Shown here piece by piece: positions 22,521 through 35,345 of a DNA stretch of 64,000 nucleotides (within the stretch, counting starts at the first letter, position 1; each line of letters begins with the position of its first letter). Origin of the DNA: Camelus dromedarius (lineage: Eukaryota); the NCBI RefSeq assembly GCF_036321535.1, contig NC_087459.1:28768001-28832000 (forward strand), in the 5' to 3' direction. The notes beneath the pieces were generated by a model. The model did not search any database. It was not told where the DNA came from and worked only from the letters and a program-made list of their open reading frames with translations. Made by a program: the position numbers and the translations under genes.

Positions 22521-23523
22521 AGCTGGGTCTGGAAGCTGGGAAGTTGCTGGCGGGGCAAATCAGTTGCCTCCTCACAATCCCAGTTCTCATTCTAGGAACT
22601 AGTGTTGTTCCTGTTAAGGGATTTAATGGGGGCGCACAGAGCAAGAAATTTGGGGGGTCTTCTTCCCCCATTCTGCACTTTCTAGGACCCTGAAAGCCCA
22701 GAAGTTGAACTTTTAGGTTAGTCTGCATGGCGAAATTCTTAAGAACTCTGAAATAGAGCTAACCCCTAGAGTGGTGGCACTTCGGCTTTGCAGCTAAACC
22801 TTTGTGGCTTCTAGGAAGTCCCAAGGCAGGGGCGAGCTCCCAGGGGCAGGAGTGCAAGGCCAGCCATCCTCTCAAACCTTGGAAAGTGGCTGGAGTCCCT
22901 GAGCCTCAGTGCCCTTGCCTGTCAAATGGGTGTCATGAAAGCACCAGTTCCAGCTCCTGCAACTTTCATAAAAGACAGGGAAGTCCTACAAATCCAGGTA
23001 GCTATATATATGTTCATTCACTCCCCCCCCCAGTCCCATGATATTAGAGCTGTTTTATTCATGCATTCAGTGCCTTCTTTGTGCAAAACAATTGACTACA
23101 AACTTTTCAGGACAAAAAGATGTGTTGAGGCCTAACTCCTGCCTCCTGAAGTTTGCGACTTACCATAGAGATAAGGTGGGTCAACAGGGCTGTGCATGAG
23201 GACTGGAGTATGCAGAACTGAGCTGTAAGAGCTTAGAAGAAGGGAACTTACCTCTAGCTGGGGGAATGGGGGAATCGAGGAAGATTTGATGCAGGAGGTG
23301 ATAACCAGCCTTAAACGGCAGATAGGATTTCAATGGGAAGCGATGTGAGGTGGTGGGGGAGGCCAATTCAGCCAAGTGCATGTGGGTCAGGCGTATTGGG
23401 GTGGAGGGTGTGGGAGGGGGAGGTAGAGATCAGGCTTGAGTGCAGGTCAGAGAGGGATCAGGTTGTGAAGGGCCTTGAATACCACTTGGAAGAATTTGGA
23501 TTTTGTTTGAAAAGAGTGGGAAA

Positions 23524-23557
23524 TATTCATTCATTCATTCATTCATTCATTCATTCA
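23524..23557. repeat. (ATTC)n tetranucleotide tract, about 8 units, at an L2 terminus
   Basis: attcattcattcattcattcattcattcattca. Confidence 0.85.
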
Positions 23558-26500
23558 AGAAATATATGTAAGAGTATCTACTCTTGGCCAGGGACCTAGG
23601 GATACAGCAGTAAATGAAACAGACAAAAATGCCTGCCCTGGTGGAGCTGACGTTCTAGTGGAGAGATGGACGGTAAACATAAAAATGGATAAGAGAGGAT
23701 CTTGAATGGCAAAAAGGACTAAAGAGAAAAGGCCCAGAAGTGTTGGAGGAGGCTGTTTTAGGTGAGGCAGGCAGGGATGCCTGCTGAGAAGGTGATGGAG
23801 GTGACGGCAAGAGCATGATCGAAGAAGGGGGTGGTTCAGGAAGATTAATGGGGGGTGGGGAGACAGAGGCTTGCAGGAAATAATGAGGGCCTGACCTGCT
23901 CAGACCCTGCACTTCTGCCCTCTGCTCACCTCGAGTCTGCTCTGTGGGCCTCCCCGAATGTGGTATACTGGCTGCCAGTCTGCACACCCCACTATGTTCT
24001 CTGGTCCCAGTTTCCCTTTCAACAAACAGCCAGGCAGCCTCCCAGCCCCACGTGGCCCTCAGAGCCTGATTCTGCTCTCTTCCCAGATCCCAGCTGTGGG
24101 ACAAGCTCACGCACACTCACGTCCACACACGTCCACACATGCGTTCTGGCCCGATCCCCCCAGGCTCTGCTCTCCCGGTTCCCTGACTCCTGCGTCACTG
24201 CCCTGACCTGAGCATGGAGAGGGGGCCAGGGACAGATGGGTGGGTAGACACAGCCAGAGGTGGGGGAGGAGGAGGAGGAGCCCTTCAGGCTATGGGACCT
24301 TTGAGAGAGGAAGGGAGACAGACCCTGGGCACCAGCCCATAGGTGCTGGGGCCTGCTGGATAGGGGTGGTGCTGGCTCATCCTCTGGAGCTTTTGGAGAG
24401 AGAGAACTATGATTGCAGCTTGCGAGAAAGGCCAGAGGAGAGGATCTTGATTCACCCTATACCCTATCCCTAGGTTGTAGTAATCCTACCAAGAGGGTAG
24501 AGGCTGGTATGGGGGCCAACTTCAACCCAGGTGCTCTTGGATCCTGCCCAGTAGGGTCCATCTGTCCGTCTTTGATGCAGGGGTCCCTGAGGAGCAGGAA
24601 GAAAGCAGAAAGCTACTTCCCCCTCCCATGCTGACCCCCACCCCGCCATTACCCCATCTATCTGCCTGTTTGTGTTCCTCTGGCGTGCAGAGAGGGTCTC
24701 CTACAGAGGGTCTCCTCATCAACCCCTCCAATTAATCGCCAACCCCACCACTAGAGTCACTTTCCCGTTGAATAGCTTTGTTTACATCACTCCTCTGAGC
24801 AGGAGCCTGCAATGGCTCCCAGGTGCCTCTGAACTAAGACCCTCTGTGCCCCACCATCCACCTGTCTTTCCAGCCTTTTCTCCCACTCTGCTCATCGCCA
24901 CTCCCTCCATCACATGAGCTCAGTTAGATGCTCTGCTGCTTCCTGCCCTTCGCTCACTCTGTGCCTTCCACCTGGGTCACCCTCCCACACAATCTCCCCC
25001 TGTTCTTCAAAGCCCAAACACAAGTATCACCTCCTCGACAAAGCCTTCCCTGATACCCCAGCAAGAAGTTGTCTCCTTGCTCAGCGTTGCCATCCTTTAT
25101 GTGCACGTCTTAACACCTCTCCTGGCCAGACCACTATGAACAACTGTCAAGGCTGAGCACTGCACAACTCCAGGGGGTGCCGTTCATCTAGACCCTCATA
25201 AGAATGGCACTCTCTGGAGTCAGGCAGCACAAGTGCTCTGATAATCGGAGACAAGAGCAGAGGACAGTGTACGGTGGGTCTTGTTCACCTTAGTGCCACC
25301 GGCCACCCAGCATGTTGCCTGTTTATGGTCATCATTCATGTGTGACTTGCATTATGTGGTCCCTCTACTCCAGACACCTCAGCCAGAGAGTGGGGGGCCT
25401 AGAAGGAGGAAGTTGTGACCAGAGGATGGCGGGGGTGGAGGCAGGCTCTGTTCCATGGAGTCTTCCTGGCAGCCAATTCAGACTGAAAATCCAAGAAGCA
25501 GATTTACAGCCCCCCTGAGCTGTCCCAGACCCCCAGGCAGCACGAAGTCCCAGCTGCCTGGAGTCATGTTGGGGACAAGGAGGGGCTCCTGGACCTCTCC
25601 TCCCTCCTCCTTTCCAAGCAGTAGCTTCTTGGCCGGGCTCAGGAGTTCAGCCAGCGGCCCAGAAGACCTTCTGTGCTGGGAAGGGAGGTGGCCAGGGACC
25701 TCGGAGGGTGCTGTGGGGGAGGGGTTCCTGGCGCTTAGAGGACTAGGAAGGGAGCAAGGACTCTGGAGAAGGGATTCCTGCTTGACAACCAAAGAAAATC
25801 CTGTGCAAAGGTCAATTTGAGGAAACTGAGGCAAGTGCTGCCTTCTTGGCCACAAAGGAGCCAGTAGAACAAGACGTCTGGATCTGTCTTCAGCGAGCAG
25901 CTCTGTGGCTCAGCCATCTAAAGGGGATTGCTGGTAAACAAGGGAACCTGCGTTGGTGGCCTGAGCTCTGCCACTTACTGCACCTGACTTGGACAAGTGA
26001 CTTTGTCTCTGAGCCTAGGAATGGCGAAAATGATAGTAATCACTTGCCAGGGCTGTCGTGTGATGACTTAATGCTGGCACGGGGTAATCGATAAATGCTG
26101 TTATCACTGCACTCTGCTCTACTATGCCTGCTATTTGTGCTCACTTTGGAGGCTGGAGCCCAAACCTGAAGCATATTCTTCAGCCTCACTCCCATATCCT
26201 CCACTGTTCCCTCTGGGGAGCTGGACCTGGGTGACACCTTATCTCTGGTGTTGTAGCTGCCCCACCAAACAACTCACTGGAAAAGGTCCCAGGGGTAGAG
26301 GGGTGTGGATGGAGTTATCCCTGGGTGTGTACCTCCGCTGCTCTTTGGAGACACTTACCACTGAAATGGCATCACTGCGGGAGTTGAGGGTGGATTAGGA
26401 CACAGATATCAAGACAAGTCTCAAACTTAGTTTATTCAAAGTCCAGGGCCAGCCAAGGATTTCTTGCCCTGTTAATGTGGGTCTCCCTCCAAGGCAGCCC

Positions 26501-29500
26501 CGGAGAAGCCCCAAGGACCTTGGACTGAACAAGTCCTTCGGGCCCACCCTAGACAAGCCCTGAAGCATTACAAGGCCACCTTCCTCGGTTACTTGTCTCC
26601 TGAATCCCTCCCAGTGCTTGTGTACTTGGAGGAGGACTCCCAAAGCACCCATACCTCCACCTCAATCTCCAGAACCACTTCCCGGGGTTAGGTTTCTGCA
26701 AAAAGCGTCAGCCCCATCCTAGCATCTCTAGCTCAGCAGGTGTAGCTGAAGATTCCCAAGTTCCTTTCCGTGTCGCCCATCCTTCATCAGAAGACAGAGC
26801 TGCTAAACTGGCTGGGGTAGCTTTCCTGTCCAAGCAAAAATAAAACTGGAAAATCCTAACATAACAAAACACTACTGCCAATACCAACAGGAGTAAAGTT
26901 TTTCTCCCACAGTAGGTCTTTGCAGGGGAGAGTCATAAATACAGCAGTTTCATTTTGTTAACATGGGGCTTGGGGACTGAAGGATTTTGCATGATCTCTA
27001 TTGGCTGGTCATATAGGCTCTTCCTATTTGGAGGAACAGAGGCCAACATCTACTCAAGGGGGTTTATAGAAGCCTTAGACATACTCTTAAACATTCAAAT
27101 TTAGCAAATATTTTCACAAATTGTTCATGGTTCACTGAGAACCAACAAATTACAAGAACCTATTGCTGGACACAGGCTTCCCCTGATCTGTATATAAGCA
27201 AGCCCTTCTGTTCATGTCTTATTTCATGAGCAAGCAAATAATTTTAGTACTTTCAGAAAAGTATATTTCCAGATTCATGGACTCTGAGTTGGAAGGGACC
27301 TAGGAGCTCCCATGAAGGTGAAGTTCCACCCTCTGCTTGCACATTTCTAGTGAAAGATAATTTGGTGTTTCTCAAGAGAGCAGAGATTTGTTATAGGGTA
27401 GCCAGCAAGCTGTCCTCCTGTGCATCCATCCTCCCATCCATCCATCTGATATTTATTAGCTACTGGACTGGGCAATGGAATCACTTCTCCTCAAAATTAT
27501 CTCATTAGTTTGATAATGAACTCCTCTGGTCACCCCACCTAAAGAACAAAACAACAGTCTTCATAAAAAAGTAACTTCTTATTACAAAAACAATATGTGA
27601 ACAACTAGAAAATATGGCTAAACCAAAACACATAAATCAAAAAGCACCCATAATGTCATTAGGAAGATGGGGTCTTAAGTGGTCCTTTCCACAGACTTCT
27701 TTCTTGATGCAATAACCTTCCCCTCACCACAGATCTCTGTGCAGTTGGACATCAATTCCCTAAGGAACTACATTCAACACACAGTTCTAGTCCAACTTCT
27801 CCAAGGGTTGCAGGATTTGTGGACCATGCCATTCGTCCCCTACCTGCTGACCAAGCACCAGGAACTCACCTGGACAGAGTGCAGGCAGCCTCCTAGAAGG
27901 ATCATCAGCCCATCCAAACCAGTTCACATGTCCTGAGGGCCTGTCTTCTTCCCTGCTTCGCAAGCCACAAAAGTAAACGCCGATGGACTAACTAACCAGC
28001 CTTCCTTCCCCTCTCCCCATCCCCAATAAGAGGCCCAAACCATTTCATAGCAAAATGGCTCACACTGACAGCAGTAGCTCTTACTGTTTATTGAGCCCTT
28101 ACTAATGCCAGGACAATTCCAAGCACTAGGCAAATTATTTGTCTTTTTAAATCTATCTGTCCTTTTTCCTATTGTTTTTAGAGAACCAGTGGGTTATACT
28201 TCTCTGGGCAGGCCTGGCACCTAGCACAGACTCACTACAACCAGCGGATGCTCAGTGACACTGTGGATGATGAGCAAAGGTCTACACCTTCAAGGTAAGC
28301 ACTTCAAATCTGGCCTCTGGGGCTCTGTTTTTGAAGCAGGAGGTCATTCCGCACTCACTGTGGGCTCTGTCACTGGTGAGCAAAAAAGGGAGGGGAACTG
28401 CATCTGGACCCCCCTTCTGCCCCATCTGCCTCCCCCGTTGTACCAGCTTTAATGGAAGACACTTCAGAGAGGGGAACAGAGAGGCTGGTGTTGACTTCCC
28501 TACTGAGAGGATGCAGGGCTCCCTGCCCCATCCATCATGCATGGACTCCAGCTGATACAGGAGCTTCCTCCAGGCCTCCTACCTGCCCCTACACACTCCA
28601 GGGTGAGTCCCCACACCCCCTCTTCCCTTGGTGGCAATGACTAGGTGCTGTTTCTGCAGACCTGCCACCGAGGGAGGCCCCACTGGTAAGCAGTGAGAGG
28701 ACATGGAGTAGAAACAACAAATAAGCTGCGAGACATAGCTGCCAAAACAAACCAAATGCAAAAGGGCTGCTGCCACCACCTCAGCGGGGCCCAGGCCAGG
28801 AGCACAGAGACAAGAGCACAGCTGTGCAGGGAGACACATAGTTCCCTCCAGCTCCCTACTTCGTTACTGGGGGTCTCCTGGGCAAGGGAGCCTTGCAGTC
28901 AAGGCTGATAGGGAAACTGGGCTGGGGGCAATAAGGGGGACCTGACAGAAATATCTCCAGCCTTGTCTCCCTCAAGTCTCCCCAGTGTTTCCTGCTTTCT
29001 AGCCGCTCAGTGACCCTCCAGTCCCGGAACACACCCTGCCTGTTCATGAATCCCCTTTGTGCATACTGACCCCTCAGCCAGATTTGCCATCTCCCCTCTC
29101 CTCCCTGGTAAACTCCTAGTCATCCTTCAGAATCCAGGTCAAAGGTGAAACCATCTCAAACCCCACCAGGAAGTCAGCTGTTTCCTTCTCCACATTTCTA
29201 TATCCTAGGTACTCTTTCTTCTTACATAACACATCTTACGCATTTCACAAAAGCTGGTATATCCACTTTCTCAGTTAAATGGTGAACTCCTTGAAGGCAG
29301 GGGCTGTTTTATACTCATTTTGTATCCCCAGGGCCCAGCCCAGACATTGACTCACAGTAGGCACTCTGCACTGTTTAGTTGTTAGAGTAAAGCGCTAATC
29401 CTTATGTGACGAGTTATTTCCTGAGCTGCTGGCAGTCACTTCCCCAGCATCAAAGGAATACTCAGAGGAATCCCTCATCAACAGGAATACTCAAACCAGA

Positions 29501-29597
29501 GAGAGAGATTTTGATAAATGAGAAGGCTGATTTTCAGAACCCCAAACCAACCTGCCTTCAAGCAAACTAAAGCCAAGTTCTGTTACTAACCTTTAGA

Positions 29598-29805
29598 TCA
29601 AAGGCTTTCAAACTCTTGTGACCTCGACCAACAGTAAAATTTACGTCATAACGAGTATATATGTGTCTATATACATGTCTATATCTGAAATAGTGTCAAC
29701 AAAATATTACCATTGAAGTTGCAGTTTTACTGTTTTACTTTTTTAAAAGGCTATGACCCAGTAAATTGACATATGGGTCATCGCACTTTGATAAACATTG
29801 CTTTA
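29598..29805. mobile_element. hAT-type DNA transposon MITE remnant
   Basis: Degenerate terminal inverted repeats (caaaggctttcaaac ... tttgataaacattg) with an internal atgaccca/tgggtcat inversion. Confidence 0.5.
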
Positions 29806-30425
29806 GATGACTCTAGTTGGTTAAATTTAAGAAGTCAGATCCTCCTACAAATATCCAAGCAAACAAACAAAAAAGCATTTATGATCTGTGTGCCCAGTAA
29901 TTCAGAAGGAAGGCTTTCCTTTCACACTTAGAACAGCCCAGCCACAAGCTCTGGACCATAGCTATTTAGAACAATTTGGGCCCCACAGGACCAGGAGTCA
30001 AATGAAGCAATCAGTGTAGCAGTCACTACCACAGCCTGATACAAAGGAGGCCCCTGTCTTTGTTTGCTTCCTTCATCCTTAAACCTGCACCTTTCCTGTG
30101 CCTTCCAAGCATACAACTGCACACCAGCTGTGCGTCAGCAGACAAGAGTACACACCCTATCCACCCTGCCTTCCTTAAAGAGAATGAAGTATTTTAAAGC
30201 AAACATCAGGATTGTCAGGCTCCTGCATTGTACTAAAGTTTGTTTCATGTTGCAGTGTCCGTAGTACAAATTATGCTTTCTGTGAATGCGGAAAACATTT
30301 CCCGTTCCCCTCCTGTACCTAAATTCTTGTAAAGTTTCCTACTGTCCTTCCCGGGTACACAAAGAATTTGCACAGGGGAGAGGCAGTGCAGTGGCATGGT
30401 TGGGCACTTATACAACTTGACACTT

Positions 30426-30431
30426 TTTATT
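30426..30431 (-). terminator. POP7: POP7 poly(A) signal AATAAA
   Basis: tttatt on the plus strand, about 230 nt after the stop codon. Confidence 0.75.
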
Positions 30432-30660
30432 GTATAGGACAATGGTTACAGACCACAAAGATTCGGGAAGACCCACTGCTTGGGCCCAACAAAAGACAAT
30501 ATTCACCCTCTCAATTAAGAGTCCTCTGGGGTTGCAGGGGATAGGCTTTTTCCCACATGGCTTTGGTGGGAAGTCCACGACAGTACTCAGTACAAGAAGA
30601 GGCACATCTGAGCCTAGCTGTAGAGGGGTGAGTGGATAAGATGGGCCAGACTCGTTTCAA

Positions 30661-31083
30661 TTACTTGGGTGTGACCCTGAAGACGCGGATGTGGATGGCC
30701 GAGTTGTTGCGGATGCGAGTCAGCGGCTCTCGCGTATCCGTCTCTGGTTCCAGCTCATCAACAAGCTCCACGGTAGAAGTATTGGCAGCCACCTGCAAGG
30801 ACCCGAAGCTGCCAGCCTGCAGCTGGAGGGCAATGTTGATGGCGCGGTTGATGGCCAGGCCCAAGCCGTGAATGTAGATCTCAGTGCATGCGTTCTGACC
30901 CCGCGCCCCTCCGTCCAGCAGCTTCTGGCAGCGGACCAGCTGAGCCTTAAAGTCAGTCTTCATGTTGACATAAATGTCATTGGGCCTCCGGGGCAGACGG
31001 TGGGGAAGCCGCTTCCGCAGGGTGTACTCCACCGGGTCCAGCTCAGTCTCCACGGCCCCGCGGGGCTCTCGGTTTTCGGCCAT
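30661..31083 (-). CDS. POP7: Ribonuclease P/MRP subunit p20 (Rpp20), 140 aa, single coding exon
   Basis: ORF MAENREPRGAVETELDPVEYTLRKRLP...IHIRVFRVTPK. 5'UTR intron 31094-31241 (gtgagt...ccag) with the acceptor 10 nt before the ATG. Confidence 0.98.
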   Translation of the reverse strand: MAENREPRGAVETELDPVEYTLRKRLPHRLPRRPNDIYVNMKTDFKAQLVRCQKLLDGGARGQNACTEIYIHGLGLAINRAINIALQLQAGSFGSLQVAANTSTVELVDELEPETDTREPLTRIRNNSAIHIRVFRVTPK

Positions 31084-31830
31084 GTTGTGTGCTCTGGCAT
31101 GAGAAAGGGACTAGATCAACGAGAGGTGACCAGCGACTTCGCTTCCGTCCCTACCCTGATTCCTGGCCAAAGGGTGCAGCCGGGAAGAAGGCGCACTCGA
31201 TGCTCCTCTTCCCATCCCGCCTCTCAGTCCCTCCCACTCACCTCAAGCTCCCGCATCTCCCCAACCCCAGTTCTTGTTCATTCATCACATCGCCCGCAAC
31301 CTCAGGCCCCTCCACCGCCCCCTTTCCCCATCTCTTCCGTGCCTACTCTCTCCGGTCCACAATTTCCGCCACGCGAACGCGGCCCGCTCCCCCGCCAGGC
31401 CACTTAAGCGTAGCGCCGACCAGCCTGAATACAGGCTGCTGCCCGCGACTCCGAGGCCCCAAGAAGGGAAGAGAAGAAAAGGGGGGCGCCGCAGGAACGC
31501 CAGAACCCTGGAGCCCTAGCGGCACCTGGCTCCTGCAAGGGTTGCCGAGTGCGCGTGCGCGCCCGCCCCCCGCGGCCAAGCGTGCGCGATCCACGAATCG
31601 CCTTCCCGGCCTCCGTTCTCCCCACCCTTTCCTGAGTGCTCGCAAAGCCGCGCGAGGTGTTAAGTAACGCGAGGTTTCCGGAGGCGATGGGATCACCACG
31701 TGTACGTCTTGGAGGCGGGGCGGGGAGGCAGGGGGCAGGTATCAAGTCGAAGCCGGGGAGGAGCTGGGAAAGGGGGAGTCAGCTTCCCTGGGCCAATCCA
31801 AGTCTCCGGTTCGCGGAGTCCTGAAAGGAA
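31000..31830 (-). promoter_or_regulatory. POP7: POP7 CpG-island promoter and non-coding exon 1 (donor after 31242)
   Basis: CpG-dense; GC boxes (ggggcgggg near 31716), NRF1-like gcgcgtgcgc near 31550, and donor GAG|gtgagt. Confidence 0.8.
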
Positions 31831-32879
31831 GAAAGGAGGAGAGGAGGCTATTCTAGGGGCCTGGAGGATTTAGGGGTAAGGGGCTTCCTTTAAAGACAGC
31901 AGGGAGAGGAGTGAGTTCTGGGAAACGTGATCTCGAAGGAGCCCGAAGTCAAGTCGGGACTCCCGCGTCCATCGCAGTTCATCCGGTCACAATTTGGCGT
32001 GGCATAGTTGGCAGGCCTGACCTCCCTCCCTAAGATCCTGTTGCCCAAAGGCGGGTTCCGAGACCCGGCCCTTGGCGGAGGACAGCGCCCCTGGACCCTT
32101 CTGCAGTTAACGGGGACCCGTCCTTCTACCCTGTCTCTTGCTGAGCTGAACCCCAGGCCAGCCTCTGGGGACCCAAGCAATGAGCCGTAGCCCCAGCCTT
32201 CAAGGCTTCCCTGGCCCACTCGCTCCCCTCAACCATTTCCCCGAGCTCTTCTGCCGCTGCCCGCCACCTGGGATCAGGGGCTTGCGCCCCCTGGCGGGAA
32301 GGGCGGGAGGCGTCTGGGTGTGGGTGGTTCCCCAAGGCCGGTGGGGAGGGGTTCTCTGGCCCAGACTGGTGTGGCTTCTGGAAAGCTCCACTCGGAAATG
32401 AGTTAGACCTGCATTGGGGACCTCGACTACTCTTCGCTTGGGTTTCCACATCACTCAAATGGGGATTATAATTCCTGTCTTGCCACTGAGTTGTGAAGCC
32501 CAATATAATATTGTAAACTGTAAGCCTACACGTGTGAGCTGGCATTTTTATGCCCCCAGACCTCTTTCTAGTTACCTGGGTGGAGTCTAACCCCATTTGA
32601 CTGGAGGTTGGAAAGAGGTCAGGCTCCTGAGAACTTTTCTTCCAGCACTATTTAAATCCTGTAGTTCTCCTTTTAGCTTCAGATTCTTACAAGTTTGGGG
32701 GCTTATTCGGGGGTGAGGAGGAAAGGCTGGCTACAACCCTATTCTGCTTCCGAAGTGACAAGTGAGCTGAGTTTTGATGGATAAACAGGAGTTCTTCAGG
32801 GAACCAAGGAGTATTCTGGAAACACTGAACAGTATTTTTAAAAGAATGAAAGCATAATGTAAGCTCCTCGCTCAGGGAG

Positions 32880-35345
32880 CTAGAAAAAGAAGAACCAAAT
32901 AAAGCAAAAAGGAGAAGATGGGAAGAAATAAAGATCAAAAAAAAAAATCAATGAAACTGAACACAGAAAAATAATAAAGAAACTCAAACTAAAAGCTGGT
33001 TCTTTGAAAAGATCAATAAAATTGATTAGCCTCTAGCAAGACTGACAAGAGAATAAGAGAAAGAAGACTCAAATTATTATCAGAAGTGAAAGAGGGGATA
33101 GCACTAAAGATCCCTCATACGTTAAAAGATGCATAGAGTAACACAAACAACTCTGCATACATACATTCCACAACTTAGATGGACCAAGTCCTAGAAAATC
33201 ACAACTACCAACCCTTCCAAAATGAAATATATCATCTGAATAGTCCCATAACTATTAAAATAATTCACAGTTTAAAAAAAACTTTTAAAAAATCTAGGCC
33301 CACATGGTTTTACTGGTGAATTCTACCAAAAAAAGGAAAGAAAGAAATAGCACGAATTCTACACATTCTCTTCCAGGAAACAAAAGAGGAAGGTACATTT
33401 CCCAACTAGTTTTATGAGGCCAAAACCAGACAAAGATTATACAAAAAAAGAAAACCACAGACTGGTATCTCTCATGAACAACACAAAAATCCTCAACAAA
33501 ATGTTAGCAAATTAATCCAGCAGAATCTACCATGTTAGCAAGCTAAAGAAAAAACACATACGATCATATCAATTGATGCAGAAAAACCATTTAGTACCCA
33601 TTTATGATAAAAGTTCTTAGCCAAAAAATAGAAGGAACTTCCTCAACCTGGTGAAGAGCATCTACAAAAAACCTACAGCTATCATCATACTTAATGGTAT
33701 AAGACTGGACACCTTTCTTTTAAAATCAGAAACAAGGCAAGGATATCTTTGCTTACTACTCTCGTTGGAAGTCCCAGCCAGTGCAGTAAGGCAAAGAAAA
33801 GATTGTAAGGGAAGAAATGAAACTGTCTCTATTTGCAGATTACATGATTGTATATACATAAAAAATCCCAAGAAATCTATTTTAAGAAAAAACCCATATA
33901 ACTAATAAGTGAGTTTAGCAAGTTTGCAAGATACAAGATTAACATACAGAAATCAATTGTATTTCTATATACTGGCCAATAAACAACTGGAAACCAAAAC
34001 TTAAAACCATTTACAATCACTCCAGAGAGAAAAGGAGAGGGGGAGGAGAAAGGGAAAGGGAGGGAAAAATATTCAGGTATAAGTCTAAAAAACATGTACA
34101 AAATTTGTATGCTAAAAACTACAAAATGCTGATTAAAAAAAATCAAAGAAGATCTAAATTAATGGAGAGATATACTGTGTCCATGTATTGGGAGATTCAA
34201 CATAGTAAAGATAACAATTCTCTCCAAGTTTAGTGTAATTCCTATGAAAATCCTAGCAAAAATTTTTGAAGATATAGGTAAGTTTACAGTAAAATTTATA
34301 CAGAAAGGGAAGTCAAACACTTTTGAAAAATAAGTTGGAATCACACTACCTGATTTTAAGACATACTATATAAACACAATATCAAGACAGTGTGGTATCT
34401 GCCAAGGGATAGACACAAACATCAACAAAATGGAATCAAGAACCCAGAAATAGATTCACACAAGTACAGCCAGCTGATTTTTGACATAGGTGCAAAAGTA
34501 GCTAAATGGGGAAAGGATGAGTTTTTTCAGCAAGTGATGCTGAAACAACTGAATAAATTGGCAAAGACTGGACCTCAGCCCCATGCAAAAAATTCACACA
34601 CATAAAACGTAAAATTATAAAACTTTTGGAAGAAAATATAGGAAAAAGTCTTCATGACATAGGGTCAGGCAAAGACTTCTTAGCTACAACTCCAAAGGCA
34701 CAATCCACTAAAGAAAGCCATTGATAAATTCTACTTCATCAAAATTAAAACCTTTTACTGTGTGAAAGACCACCTGGCCACAGACCGGGAGAAAAGATCT
34801 GCAAGTCACAGATCCGACAGAGGACTCGTATCCAGATATATAAAGAACTCTAACTCAAGCATCAGAAAATGACTCAATTAGAAAAACAGGCAAAAGTCTT
34901 GAACAGACACTTCAGCAAAGAGGGAATAAGGAAGACAATTAAGCACCTAAGATATTTGATATCATTCACCATGATGGAAATGCAATTTAAACCATGATGA
35001 GACACCACTACACACCTATTAGAGTGTCTAAAATAAAAGATTTGGATAATATTAAGTGTTTAGGGGAATGCAGAGAAACTGGATCTCTCATGCGCTGCCT
35101 GTGGAAGTGTTCAATGGTCCAGCCACTCTGGAAAACAGTCTGGCAGTTTCTTCTAAAACTAAACATACATTCATCATATGAATCAGCCAGCGCACTTATG
35201 GGCATTTATGCACTTGTATACACATGTCCAGAGTAGTTTTATTTGTAACAGCCCCAGACTGGAAACAATCCATGCATCTTTCAGTGGGTGACTGGTTAAA
35301 TAAAGTGTGGGCCATCTATCCCATGGAATACTACTCAGTAATGAA
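32880..35345 (+). mobile_element. Ancient degraded LINE-1 (L1M-type), ORF2 to 3' region
   Basis: A-rich sequence with L1 ORF2 hallmarks (tctttgaaaagatcaataaaattga, atcaattgatgcagaaaaa, gagacaccactacacacctattaga, ggaatactactcag) and many stops and frameshifts. Confidence 0.9.

Noticed and set aside
21245-22595. 420-, 325-, 199- and 194-aa ORFs over the EPO promoter and intron 1
   Set aside because: GC-rich CpG-island sequence lacks stop codons by composition; the Pro/Arg/Gly-rich translations have no recognisable domain.
30691-31407. 238-aa ORF antisense to POP7
   Set aside because: Explained by the codon bias of the overlapping POP7 CDS and its CpG island.
32880-35345. Possible active L1 or domesticated reverse transcriptase
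   Set aside because: Many stops and frameshifts, 5' truncated, longest ORFs under 90 aa.
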